DNA of 64,000 nt from Camelus dromedarius (Eukaryota), in NCBI RefSeq assembly GCF_036321535.1, contig NC_087436.1, positions 119,848,001-119,912,000 of the forward strand, written 5' to 3'. The translations under genes were made by a program, and so were the position numbers. The notes beneath the pieces were generated by a model. The model worked only from the letters and a program-made list of their open reading frames with translations, did no database searches and was not told the origin of the DNA. This document shows positions 1 to 13,309 of this stretch, one piece after another (position 1 is the first letter of the stretch; each line of letters begins with the position of its first letter).

Positions 1-140
1 TGTGACCTTGAGCAAGTTGTGTAACCTCTCTGAACTCCAATGTGTTCATTTAGAAAACAGAGGAAATAAACTGCAGGATCTTGACGCGTCATTGTGAGGG
101 CAGCTGTGAGGAACACAGCACAGCAATGCTGTTCGACAGC
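1..140 (+). mobile_element. MIR SINE fragment
   Basis: tgtgaccttgagcaagttg…aacctctctga…ttgtgagg is the MIR core. Confidence 0.75.
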
Positions 141-444
141 AATGATGTCGATGGCGGTGGTGGTGGTGGTGATGATTACAAAGGTCACAGCGAGGAACTG
201 AGAATAGAAGACAGAGATCACAGCCTCGTGGACAAGGATTGCTTCCCCAAGAATGTCACACTCTGAGAACTCCCGGTTGGCTTGGTGCAGACCCTGGCTG
301 TAAGCTGTGGGGTTCGTTTCTCTTCCCCCAGGCTTCCTGGAGGAGTGGGAGCAGGAGAGGGTGGATCAGAACCCCCGCAGGGGTCTTGTTTATCCAGATT
401 CTGCTCTCAAAACGCCTCTCTGGTCTGTAGCTTTCTTCCAGCTG

Positions 445-620
445 CAGAGGGCTTCCACGTCTCTAGCCATGGCCCCCAGTCTCTTGGGGTGCTTTACAAA
501 GTACGAGCCTGGATCCCACCCCTAGAGTTTCTGATTGAACTGGATTGCAGTGGGGCCCCTGTATCTGTTTAGAAAGCTCCCCAGGTGATTCCAGTCTGCA
601 GCCAAGGCTGTGAGCCCTGC
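445..620 (+). mobile_element. MER5A/B-like hAT-Charlie DNA transposon relic
   Basis: cccacccctagagtttctgatt…gtggggccc…aagctccccaggtgattc matches the MER5 core. Confidence 0.7.
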
Positions 621-1004
621 AAGGAATTTCATTCTTTCGCAATGCAGGGCTGTTTAAAAACAATCTCCCACCTGGCGTCTGGCGGGGAGGTGAGATTAGT
701 GGCACAACCAGAATTTGTCATCAGAGAGAGGGAGGCGGCTATTGTCAGACAGTGGCCCTCATGTTTAGCCACATTGAAAAGAAAAAAGAGAGGAGGTCAG
801 AGGTCACAAAGGAGGGCAGCAGGTGAACTGACATCACAGGACTAGGGGGTCCAGTCTCCCCCAGGCAGGTTCATGGCCAAGGGACAGCTTCTCCTTCTCC
901 TCCTTGAGCCTTATCACCTCCTGTCTCCAAATGAATATATGGTGCTCTGACTGGCTAAGGGAACTAACAACTCAGGGTCACACAGCGAGTTACCACATCT
1001 ATGA

Positions 1005-1425
1005 ATCCACCTGCCCACCCACCTACCCATCCATCCTCCCATCCTCCCATCCATCTATCCATCCATCCATCCTCCCATCCGTCCATCCATCCATCCTCCC
1101 ATCCATCCATCCATCCATCCATCCATCCATCCATCCATCCTCCCATCCATCCATCCATCCATCCAACCATCCACCCATCCATGCTCGCATCCATCCGTCC
1201 ATCCATCCTCCCATCCATCTATCCATCCTCCCATCCATCCATCCATCCATCCATCCTCCCATCCATCCGTCCATCCATCCTCCCGTCCATCCATCCATCC
1301 ATCCATCTATCCTCCTATCCATCCATCCATCCTCCCATCTCTCCCTCCATCCATCCACCTACCCATCATCCATCCTCCCATCCATCCATCCATTCATCCA
1401 TTTTCCCATTTTCTTATCCATCCAC
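1005..1425. repeat. Imperfect (CCAT)n simple repeat, ~420 bp
   Basis: Direct inspection; it produces the HPSI and MDGW pseudo-ORFs. Confidence 0.95.
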
Positions 1426-4400
1426 TTTGCTACCCAGCCTTCTTATAGGGGAAGAAAATACAGAAGAGTTCTCGTGTGAGTAGGAGACATCCTGCGTTTA
1501 AGCCCCCTTGGGGCATCCCATTCATTGGCACGCTCTTTCCTGGCCCCTGGACCAGGCAGTGTTGGGCTTTGAAAGGAGACTGAGCCAGGGTGCGTCTCTC
1601 CAGGGGCTGACGGCCGCAGCTGGGAGAGGGCAGACACCAGCGACAGGCGCAGCGGGGGTGAGATCAGGGTCTTCCGGGAGATGCAGGGCAGGAGGCGCCC
1701 AAGTAGGGGTGAGGCAGGCAGGGAGGCTGGGAGCAGACTGCCTTCGGGAGAGCAGCTGGCATTCTGGGCCGTGTGGCTCAGGACACGAGCCCCAACCTCC
1801 CTGGGCCTCCCTCGCCTCAGCTGCACATGGAACCGCTGCCTCGGACTGCACTGGGGCCATTGTGAGGGGCCGTCCCTGGGACGGACCCTTCAGAGAGGGG
1901 GTGATTGTCGTAGGTGCTGATTAAGTGGCAGCTGAGCTTTCAAAGTAGTTCTGCCTGTGCTGGTCTCAGAGGTTGCCACAGGTGGGGGGCATTGGAGCTG
2001 AGTCTTCACAGGTTAGCAGGAGGGCAGTTTGCAGCCTGGGTGGGAAGGAGGCGTTTAGGGCCATCCTGAGACCGGAGGGTGGCGGGAGCAGAGGGGCGGC
2101 GGCGTCCGGCTGGACCAGGACGTGTGTTGTCCGCGGTGCCCTGCTGGAGCTGAGGGTGTCTGCTTCAGGTGAGGGGACGCGTCGTAATGGTCTGGGAGTG
2201 ATAGCTGGGGACACAGGCCAGGCGCTGAGCCAGGAGGAGGGACCTGGGACACTGCTGGGACTGAGCACCTGAGAGCGCTCAGCCCTGTGGAGCCCATGTG
2301 CCTGGGCAGGAGACAGACCAGTAGAAGAGGGAATGCCAGTGCTTTACCTGGTGGCCTCACTGCACTACCCTCAGGGCCCAGGGCAGCACTCGGCCTCCGG
2401 GGAGCATTTCGTGCGGATACGTGACATCGGAGTGATGAGTCTGGGAGGAAAGGGACAGTGGCAGAGGGAGTGGGAGATGCTGTTTCAGATGAGCCAGTCA
2501 GGGAGGCCCCTCCGAGGAGGAACCATTCGGTGAGGGAGGAGACCAGCCTGGAAGGGTTGAAGGGGAGAGAGTTCTAGGCCGAAGGAATGGCTGAGGCGGA
2601 GGCTGGAGGCCTGGGGACGTGTTTCTGTGGCTCTGGTCCTGTGTGCATCTCTGCCCTGTGTCCCATCCAGCAGCCTTCCCCGGCGGCCCCGTCCCTCCCT
2701 CCTCCACTCTCGCACCTGCGCCTCCTGACCCATCTCAGATCTCACGAAGCGCCCTGCAGATTCCAGGGAGCAGTTCCGTGCCTTCTCGCTTCTCCAGGAC
2801 AGAGCCTCTGTGCTCCCCCGTGATTATCTTTTCAATTAACCCCCTCATTCCTGAAGTATAAGAGAAGCCTTCAGACCCATGGCTGCAGCCCGGGCCCTAA
2901 TTTGTTCTAAGTGGCCCTTGTAAATGATAGGACTGTCCTAGGCATCTGGGCCACATCACTGTCACCTTCGTTCTGGGGAGGGGGCAGCTGTGCCCCCAGG
3001 AGAAGCTCACTGGGTCCCCCACCCCACTGTGACACAGTGGCTGACCGGGCAGCTATGGGAGGTCTGAGTGGGTCCTGGGAGAAGGCCGTTTCCAGGGGCA
3101 GGCACGTGAGGATGAACTGGGTCCTTGATGCCACTGGCCCAGGTTTGCAACAAGGCTCCTTCCTCTGGGTCTGGAAACACGTGTTGTTTTGCAGGTGACA
3201 TTTGTGAAATGCAACAGTCCACGTGCCCAGGCAGAATGACCCCCAACGGGAGGCCTTTACCCAGGCTTGCAGGTTAAAGTCCAAGCAGTCTTGGCCCCAC
3301 CCCTCACTCTTACAGGACTGGAGGCTTAAGGAGTAGGGACCTGAGGTCTAGAGGAAGGCGAGGGCGTCCAGCTTGACTTCCCTGTTCACTAGACCCCGGA
3401 TCCTGGCATCTCTGAGATTACACCTCCTCGTCTACAGAGCAAGGATGAGTGTCCCCCTCCTGGGTTGCTGTGACACCAGCAGGTATCCCGGGGCACATTC
3501 CTGTGGCCTGCTTTGTGCCAGTGCTTCCTGGGAGGGCGTCTCGAGGTAGGGGTCCCAGAGACTCATCAGCCTACAGTGGACAGACAGGCCCAGGGATGTG
3601 CTGGGACCGAGGAAGGGCCAGGGGCTGGCTGCACAGAGAGGCCTCCCCCACCTTCTGGTTGGGGAAGGTTCAGGGGAGGCGTTGGGAGAAGCAGTGGCCA
3701 AGTGGGACTTGCTGGGTGGGAAAGGGTGGAGGAAAGGGGGGCCGAACTAGGTGGGCTTCCCACATCAGGGGGATGAGGGGATCCACAGCGGGGTCAGGGG
3801 GCAGGCACTGGGGGACAGATGACAAGGGTGGAGTCAGGTAATGAAGGACGTTGCACGTTGGTGCCAAACCCAAGTGCTTGGTCGCTGCCCTTCAGGAGGG
3901 GCCTGTGAAGGGGCAGGGGGTGGACAGAGAGCCCCCCAACCCTCACCCCCTCCCCACATTTCTTCCGTGTATGTGCTCTTCTCAGAAGGGCCTGGGAGCA
4001 CAGACTCATAAGCCGGGGCCCGTGTGGAGAGGCGGCGATCGGGCCCAGCCACACCTCCCGCCGACTGCAGCAGGAAAGGGCTCCCTGCACCGGGGCGGGT
4101 GGGGCCTCGTCACCTGTGTCATTAGCATCCCTCTGGAAGGCTCCCATGCTCTGGAACTGATCCGACGGGAGGTGGGACAGGAGTAACCGAACAAAATTTC
4201 ATCAACTCAGATTGTGGAGGAAAGCACGAGTTGACTGGGGCCTAAGTGTTAATGGGGAAAAAAATCTTAATCCCTGAGACGTAATTGTCAGTTTGATACT
4301 CCGTTTCATCGATTCCTTTGCCAGCGATGGTCTGAGCCGCTGGCGGGTGCGGCTTTGTTAGACTAGCACCGTCAGGCTCGCCAGGGCAGCCGGCCTTTGT

Positions 4401-4914
4401 TCTGGGCACTGATTGCTTATTGTTTTATATTAAAGCATCTAAGGAAGGAATGATGTTAGGAGTGCAAATCTAATGAGTAAACATGAAAAACTGTTGCCAG
4501 AACAAATAGCCTGTCAATACAACATCAACAGATGTGTGTTTACTGAACTGAACGTGACGGGTTGGGTGGAGGGTCTGCTACATGCTGGGTGTACTGAGGT
4601 GCAAGGTATGTGTCCCCAAGGAGTCCAGAGGCCAGTGGGTGACTCAGATACCAGAAGGGTGATGTCCATCAGGGGATGGATGGTCAGGAGGTACCTGTGG
4701 GGAAGGGCCTCGGATGGCTCCGAAGATGGGGGTCAAGTAGGGCTGGAGAGTGACAGCTCCAGGAAGGGGCAGTAGCAGGTACAGAAGTTCAGAGGCAGGA
4801 TTCCCTGGAACCTTCTAGCAAGTTGGTAGGCAGAAGCCTAGGGGTCATAATTTAGGGATCCTGGTGAGATGAGGCTGGAAACTAAGATGAAATCTGTTCA
4901 CAAAGGGTCCTGAA

Positions 4915-4966
4915 CGCACACACACTCTCTCTCACACACTCATACACACACACGCACGCACACACT
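4915..4966. repeat. Imperfect (CA)n
   Basis: cgcacacacactctctctcacacactcatacacacacacgcacgcacacac. Confidence 0.8.
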
Positions 4967-7900
4967 CAGCTCGCTTCTGGCTTGGACGGTGGTCCCACAG
5001 TGTGCAAACCATGCAGTGACTGACTCTTCTCACACCGCACAAGAAGGATCTGGTGAGATTGGGAGATGCAGAGTCAGGGGGCAGCATTCTCGTGAGGGCA
5101 GTCTCTTACTGTCACCGGGCCCGCCTGGTTAGGACCCGCACATGAGCCCATGGGGGAAGCCGAGATGCTTGGTTCCACGGGCACTGTCTCCCAGTGCTGG
5201 CGCCTCCGCCAGAAGCCCAGTTTCTTCCTGACATTCAGCTGTTATTGAGCAAGACTGTGCCAAGCCCCAGGCCTGGAGGCGAGGGGCAGGCATTGAGGCC
5301 ACCTGGCCTTCTGCTCCTCGATGAGATCCAAACGCTGCTGTTGTCAGGAAGCCTTGCTGGAGGTCGTCCATCGAGAATTTGCCAAAGTAGGATTGCAGAG
5401 TGTGTGGTGGTGTGTGCCGGCGAGGGGCGCCCCGTTCACAGCGTCACAGTCCCATGGCCGGGGCTGGTCACACCATGGCGGGCGGGTGTTACCATCCCAC
5501 CTGGCAATCCAAGTCGGCTCCCTTTCTTTGTGTGTTGGTCTCAGAAATTGGTCAGCTTGGTGGGCACATATCGTCTGAAATTCTCAGGGGCCAAGTCTGA
5601 TTTGCTTTTTGTTGGATAGGAGACACCACCCACCTTTGCCATGTAATAGAGTTCGATACTACCTTGGCTGGGGGTCAGAGGAGTGGGGAGAATGGTTAGG
5701 CCACGATGATCAGGGGTGAAGCAGATGCTGGGGGAGGTGGGCAGGAGGTCACCCCCAAACCAGATGCTCTGCCCTGGCTCCAGCCTTTGCTGGGAAAGGC
5801 GTGCTGGACCCAGGACTTGGGCTTTGGACCGAAGTCATCTTCTCTTCCTGCCCTGGATACTTTCCTGGAATTGTGGAGGCTGATGGAGTGACTGCCTCAG
5901 CTAATTCAAAGCCAGCCCTGGGGTAACAGAACTCAAAATTAACAGCTTGGGCAGGTGCCCACAGAGTAATTTAATTGAGTTCAAACAGCTCGTTTGGAGA
6001 GCCCGTGACATCCCAGGGCTCATTAGACCTCTGGAATCCCAACACGGACAAGAGGCTTACCCCTCTGCCCTCCAGCCCTGAGAGTCTAGTGAGCAGACAG
6101 TCACACATGCCACGAAATCGTACGCACCTTCACTATGCTTTGTAGTGAGATGTAGAACAGAGCAAAGAGCAGGAGATGCTGGCCGGGCTGTGTGCTGGGG
6201 TGCTTTGGAGAGGGCCGCAAAGAGGAGGTGCCATTTGAGAAGGGCTTTGGGGGGTGTGTGGGAGTTTTCCAGGCCAACCTGGAAGGTATCACTTTTGAAC
6301 ACAGAAGACAAAACATGCAAGGGCAGAGAGGCTAGAAAACGTGGGGCCCGTCCTTGGTGTGCTGTTTGGGTGTGGTGGTGGTGCTGGCTGCAGGAGATGC
6401 GGCCTCATAGCCAGGGTGGGGGCAGGTGAAGAGGCCCGCATTCCAGTTGAGGGCGTTGGAGTTGATGCTGAGGTGGTGGGAGTGACCTGCAAGCTGGAGA
6501 GTGACCTGTGGTCAGGTGGGCAGCCCCTGCATGGTGGGATGAGGGGACAAGGGCATCTGGAGCCTGGGGAGGAGGCGGCAGCTCTGCCGCAGGCGGGAAG
6601 CCCTGAGGTCCGGGTCGCACTGCAGCCTGGGCAGTGCAGGAGAGGGTGCGGGGGCTCGTCTGGGTTTGCTGGGGCCTGTCCCTGGGACTGAGGGAGGAGG
6701 AAGCTCTGAGGGGCCTTGCTAGGCGGTCACAGGGGCGCAGGGAAGGGACCACATAACGACAAGCTTATCACGACCTGGACTGGTCACTTGGCAGGTGTGA
6801 AGTCAGGTAACCGGGGAGATGGACGCACAGGGCACCGGGCACTGGGGTGGGAAAGAAGGCAGACACGCCGCCCACCCGAGGCCGTGGCCAAAGCCAGGGC
6901 GTGCGTCTGGGCCCCCCTCCCGCCTGCCCTCTCCCCTGGTGTGTACGTCTTCAGCGTTTGGGAGCAGGAAGAGCCCAGGTTGAACCGCGGAGCAACTGCT
7001 CATGTCCTAGTTAGGGCGCTGTGGGTTGCAAAACAGAAACTGACTCCAGGCGGCTTACGTACAGTGAGATTCGTGATAGGAAGGGCAGGCAGCCCTGTGG
7101 GTGAGCGTCGCTGAGTGGGGACAGCGTGCTTGGAAGCCGGGGCGGCCCTGTCCGCTCTCTCTCCCTCGCCATCGGCGGCTCCTCCCGCCGCCCACTGGGG
7201 AACTAGCCCTCTGCTGCTCTGCGGCCAGGGGCTCTACCTGCTCGACCGACGCCCCGTCCAACACGGCAGCCTTGGACCGCGAGTCCGGATCGTGGAACCC
7301 TTCCCGGACCCGCTCAGCCAGCTTCTCCAGCCCTAATTCCAAATTCCCAGGAAAGAGAACATGGCAGACTCCCCCAGGGCCAGTGTCCAGGCCTGGCGCA
7401 GCCAGCTGCGGCCCGGTGTGCAGGGGCCCGTGGGGTGTTCTCACTCGCTGGAGCCCCCGGCACGAGTTCTCAATCGAGAGGAAGGGACCGAAGAAAATCA
7501 CTTGCTTCTCCCCCTGGACGTCCACTTGCATCTTAAGGCGTGGACCTTAAGAACGCTGAGCCTCAGTTTCCTCACCTGTGAAACACAGGGATTGGTACTG
7601 AGACCTCGCTCTCCAGGGGGCCGAGGGACTGAAATAAGATCTTCTGTTAAAGCCCCCCGCACAGGGAATCCTCTGCACGTTTGTGTCTGTCTTCTGCCAC
7701 CAGCCTCCTCACATTGCGCCATCCCAGTGGGAAACACAGGCACGGGGCACTCAAGCTGGGGGCAGCTCACCCTGACCCCCTGCTGGTGCGCTATATGGCC
7801 TCAGGGCCTCCAGGCCTCTCGGAATTGTTTCAGCTGCCCTGCCGGCCTCCCAGCGCTGCGAGAAGACCCAGAGGTGTGACGTTGATGAGCCCTGAGGTGG

Positions 7901-8107
7901 GGATGTGTGCGTTTTTAATACATGAGTGAATGAAGGGCAAGACGTTTGGGTCATGTTTTCAACTCAGGTAAATGGGAAGATAACTTTGAGGTCAAGTCTA
8001 AGTAGAACTTTTTTCACATGGATTCTTAGAATTTGGGGACTTTGAGATAATCTAACTCAAATCTGTCATTTATCAGAGGTGGGGCTTGCTGGGAAGAGAA
8101 AGGGGCA

Positions 8108-8255
8108 CTGACATTTATTGAGCATTTACTACGTGCCGGGGTCCCAGGCTAGCAACCTTTGGTACATCTTCTCTTTTAAGGGGCTGGCAACACCCCCTCG
8201 ATGGGGTTATCACTGAGTCCCCATACTTAACTCGGGAAACTGAAACCCAAAAACT
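8108..8255 (-). mobile_element. MIR SINE fragment
   Basis: acatttattgagcatttactacgtgcc…ggaaactgaaaccca. Confidence 0.65.
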
Positions 8256-9067
8256 TGAAGTCCTGCTGACTTAGAAAGTAGCATTTATGGAATTCCAAAC
8301 CCCAGGACGTTCCATCTCTACAGATGTTATTTCCCCACCTATTTTTTCAAGCACTTAAGTGCTTTTGCCTTTCTTTGCTTTGCCGAGGTTTCCTAGGAAG
8401 CACAGCTCAGTAGAAATCAACATGCAGTGAGAGCACCTTCGAGCTGTCCACTCTCAAGGCCCCACCATCTACTCGCGGGAACTAGCCCGCAGCCCGCCCC
8501 GCAGCTGAGTGTATTTTCCAAGGTGACTGATTTAGACGCGCTGAGAATTACATCTCCGTCTTTCCCACCAAAGGCCGCTGCGTCTGTCATCCCGCTCACA
8601 CGTGTCCATATTTCTCAGGTCAGGAACCAAAGTGACCTGCACAGTATCAAGTTTATCTTCCTCATATGTTATGAATTCTCTTTCTAATGGAGCCGAGACG
8701 GAGCAGCTGGGCAGGGATTAAGGTAGCATCGCCGTGGGAAGGATGCTGTCACCGGGAAGTCTGCTTTAGCAAGGTTTGTGGAGCAGAAAGGAGTGCGGCC
8801 CCATGAGGATCCGAAGGCTATGGCCAGAAAGTGCTGATGATGGCGTGGAAAGAACAGGACTTCCGTCCTCCGCACATGCACCCCGCGGGGTTTCCTCTCC
8901 TTTCCCCTCCTCCACTCCGATCTTATTTAAAAGGAAAAAACAAAGTGATGCTGTCTTTCAGTGTGAGGATGCTGAGCTGGAAGGGGCATTACAGATTAAA
9001 TGTCACCTCCCAAGAGCCGCCTCCACGGCACCCGACCCTGTCCCTCTGGCCAGACCCCTCTTCCTTT

Positions 9068-9069
<2 letters not shown>

Positions 9070-9116
<47 letters not shown>
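9070..9116. repeat. (TG)23 microsatellite
   Basis: Perfect dinucleotide run. Confidence 0.97.
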
Positions 9117-9117
<1 letters not shown>

Positions 9118-10567
9118 GCCTGCTGCTCCTACAGGAAGGGGAGCCCCTCTGCAAGTGTGGGGACCCAGCTGAGGGTTCGCACAGGGCCTGAGCATCCGCG
9201 CAAAAGGCATTTATTGAATGAACGAGTGAGCGAGTTATGAAGAGTTCTGGACCAAGGCCAGACTTCCCTGTGGGCACAGGTTCTGAGAGTCCTGCCAGGA
9301 AACCACACACCCGCTGTTTTCATTCCCGTCTGCCCTACCCGCAGACTCCAAGTTACAGGGGACGTGGCTGCTCTGGGCATGACAGGCTCCGGGCAGAGCA
9401 CCGGGGTCACGCAGCCCAGGGCTCAGAGGCCACCCTCTGCCTTCTCCATCACACGGCGGCCCAGCCCGGCCCAGCTGAGCTCCCTTCATCCCCAGCAGGC
9501 TGGCTTGGCCGGCCTCTCCCCCACAGCCTCCTGTCTGCCTCCTGAGCCCCAAGGGGAGGCTGCTTCCTCCAGCTCTTCGCTTACAGCTCCCAGCACTCTC
9601 TTTACTTTTCCTCCTAGTGGAAAACACCAGGTGGGAAACAGGTTAGGGAGTCTTGACCTACTGGTAGGGCCCTGGTGTGGACACAGTGGAGGCTGGGCAC
9701 CGGGGCAGAGGTTGGGTGGCCTCAGGGCTGGCTCCTCTGGGAAGGGCAGCTTCCTTGGGAACATGCTGGGAGACTGAGGGAGGCCGGAGGGAGGAGCATC
9801 CAGAGGGAGCCTTCCCTGGGCTCAGGGGAAGCCAGATTAGGTTAGACCCAGAGGAAGGAGAAGAGAGGCAGGGCTGAGAGGCTGGGAACCCGGAGAGGCG
9901 GGAATGAGGGGGAGGCTCAGAGCTGGGAGGCAGGCGGGTCAGGGCGGGGACTGGGGGTGGCAGCTCAACCCAGGGGAGTTCCCTAAACCAAGCAGGTCAA
10001 CCAGGGCCCAGCCAGCAGCCCCACCACCATCGTCACTCCCTGCATTGCAGTCAGCATCCTGGCCCCTGTCTGATAGCTCACGCTGGTACCAGGCACCACA
10101 GAGCCCACTGAGGTCACCCGCATCACAGCCTTGGATTCCCACTCACGGGAGGAAACAGCTCTTTATGTTTCCATTGAGTTGTGCTCATTATAGCAGGACC
10201 GCCAGCATTCTTGAGGCTTTTTGCAAATGTTCTTTCCAGTGGTTGAAAAGGAGACCTGCCCAATCTGAGGAGCCCTGTGGGCTGCCCCTCGGCCAGCAGG
10301 GCCCCAGTATGCTGCCCTCGGAGTCTGGACCAGCCTGCAGGGTGGCTGTTGGCAGGGCCAGAGAAGCTGGGGACAGAGGGTCATGGGCTGGACTCAGCCT
10401 CCTCCTCTGGACTCCCTGGCCCTGGGCAGGGTCACCAGGATGGATTCCTTTTCCTCACAAGAAGGAACCATTGAGGGTCCTCACGCCTGCGCTGCTGGGG
10501 CACCTGGGGCTGAACCGTCGCCTCCTGGCCCAGCTGAGACCCCCCCCCCCCGATTACTCTGATTCTT

Positions 10568-11008
10568 GGTCAGTGTCCTGCATTTGCTGTAACAAACCAG
10601 GGGTTTAAAATAACAGATTCCTTTTCTCACGGTGCTGGAGACCAGATGTCTGAAATCAAGGTGTCAGAGGGCTGTGCTCCGTCTGAAGGCCCTAGCGAAG
10701 GATCCTTGCCTCTTTCAGCTTCAGGGCCCCCAGCGCTCCTTGGCTTGTGGCTGCATCCCCCACCCCCCGCCCGGTCTCTTCACGTGGCCTCCTCCTTGTG
10801 TGTCTGTGTGTCTCCTCTTCTGCCTCCTACACGAACACTTGTCACTGGATTTAAGCCCTGCTCGGATAATCCAGGATGATCTTGTCTTGAGATTCTTAAC
10901 TTCCTCACATCAGCAAAGAAATTTCTTTCCCAGGTGAGGTCATATTCACAGGTTCTGGGGGTTAGGATACGGACGTGTCTTTTGGAGGTCCCTATTCAAC
11001 GCCCTACA
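10568..11008 (-). mobile_element. MLT1 (MaLR) LTR
   Basis: gctgtaacaaac…tctgaaatcaaggtgtc…ggataatccaggatgatct…ttcacaggttctgggggttaggat match reverse MLT1C/D motifs. Confidence 0.85.
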
Positions 11009-13309
11009 GATCCCAGAGGGGAGAGGATGAGGTCCCAGGCCCTCTGTCCAGGATGCTCCCTGGTCCCCACACACCACTGTCTCTCACTTCCCCAAGGGTC
11101 AGCTCAGAGGGCATGGCGCTCCACTGCTGTCCCCTCCTGGGAGGGGCTGGATGACTCTCCCTCCACATGTGTGCAGGAGGGGCCCCTGCAGGTCTCTTCC
11201 TGAACCAAGAAGCCCACCGACATCAGAAGCAGCAGGAGTCTTCTCTCGGTAATAAATCGAAGTTCTGCTTTCCCGAGCTCCCAGTGACATTCAACCACCA
11301 GAAGGACCTTCACCTGTGGGCACAGCCACCCCATCTTACAGGGGGAAGGGAAGGAGGCTGGAGACGCTGTGACGTGCCCAGGATCCCCGTGCGGTGAGGC
11401 AGAGATCAGTCTTGAACCTGAGGTCCCTGCCCCTTGTCTGGGCTTCCCTGAGAATCACCTCCAACATCAGAACCTGGGCGGCATCAGCTTGTTGGCTGTG
11501 ATCTAAATTGTATGGAAAAATATGAAAAGGGAGCTGTTAACATTCTCGATTACCCTCCGGTGTTGGAGAGACCCAGCTGCATTCCGCCGGCCTCTGCCCC
11601 TCCGCCGTCTGGGGATCACCAGCCCGCAGGGAGACCGGGTGCTAATACCAGCTTCCACGAGACTCCTGTGATGGGGGAGTCTGGCCCTAATTCAGGCTCA
11701 GCAACCACCTGGTGGGCAGGGAGCAGGGCTGGGCTGCTGAGAGTCATGCATTCAGAGGTGTGCCTCCCTGAGCTTGCCTCTGCAGACCCCGCTATTTCTG
11801 AGCACCCTAACTCGACCTCAGCATTTGTGGCCACATGATCGCTCGTGCCTTGGTGAACAGGTTCCCGCTCGCCGGGGCATCAGGTGCCACGTCGCCACTG
11901 TCCAGGTGGTGCTAAGTCTTTGGAGGGTCCCTCTCCTGGGGATCCTTTCTCCTGTGGTAAAGAATCCACGTGGTGTGCTGCCACCACCCCCCACCGGGCC
12001 TTGCCGACATCTTGCAGTTGATTTGGCATTTTAAATCGTCCACATGTTCCCTGCCAATAAGACAACTAGAAGCCTCATATTTCAGGTTTGAAACCCTGTC
12101 TGTGCGCATAAAGGGAGGCGAGAATTTCTGAATCAAGATCATCTCACGTGGCTTAGGTCCAGGCTCCATCTCTGATGTTCACGGCGTCTGTGTTCCAGAA
12201 AACACAGGAGCTCTGCCAAACCCCAGTCCAGAACCTTCATTCGCGAGTTGTTGTGTCCCCCTCGAGAGTCCTGCTGGGGAGGGGCTCCCGAGTGGCGTGG
12301 AGGGATTCAGGGAGGAGAGAAGGGGCGGGGGGTGCCGGGCCTGCCGCGCCTTCCACTGGAGGTTCGAAGCAGGGTCTACAAGAGCCTTGGGCAGCAGGAG
12401 GGCGTGATGCAAGGCCGGGTCCCGGGGGTGGGGTAGAGGGAGGGTCCCGGGGCCGAGGCCCCAAGGGCCACACTCAGAAGTAGGGGTGGGACAGAGAGCA
12501 GATGTGACCTGAGACTGGGAGCTGACAGCTTCGGCCGGGGAAGGGCCACCGCCCGGCGCTGGACTCTGCTGGTTATTTATTCTCTAGGTCCTGCCTGCCT
12601 GTCTGGGGGCCCTGGGAGCCCCTGTCCTCCCCTCTCGCAGCGTCATGGAAAAGACCGTTTCCTTCCTGTTCTGCATAAGGAAAATGACCCCTCTTAGGGC
12701 CAGTGGGGGCCCGTGAGTGCATCCCTCTGCCCAGCCTGGGCAGTGCAGGGAGTTTAGGGGGCGGGGCCTTCCCAGGCAGCCCTTCTCCGGGAAGGGTGCC
12801 CTCTGAGGAGGCCACGGGGCTCGCTGGCAGGAATGCTCCTGTCCCCTCGGTTGGCCTTGTAAAGCATCCGTCCTCAGGGCTGTGCTGGCGCCTCAGGACT
12901 GCCACTGTCGGGGGACCAGCCTCAGAGCTCACTGCAGTCAGGAGACCCCAGCTTAGAGACCGCCTGTCCCTGAAGGAGGCGGGGGGAACACAAGCAGGAG
13001 CGGGGACTCCACACACGGGGGAGAAAGACAGACAGCCCCATAAGCATCACAGCCCCGGAGCTTGGCATCCTTTCGTACCCAGTCTGCCCGCCCCCCCGGG
13101 GGGATCCAGTGCAATGGGGTCAGGCTGCTTATCCTCTTTCTTACCAGCATCCCAGCTGCCCATCCTGCCCCCTCCAGCGCGTCCCCACTTTGCTAACACT
13201 CCTGCCGGTGAATCCTTTCACTGGTTTCCCTTTGCCCACCTGTGGATATAAACCAAATCCCGCCCCAAGGTCTCCACCTCCCCAATTCTAAGTTCCTCCC
13301 ACTCTGAAC

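Noticed and set aside
904..1483. HPSI-rich and MDGW-rich ORFs
   Set aside because: Artefacts of the (CCAT)n repeat.
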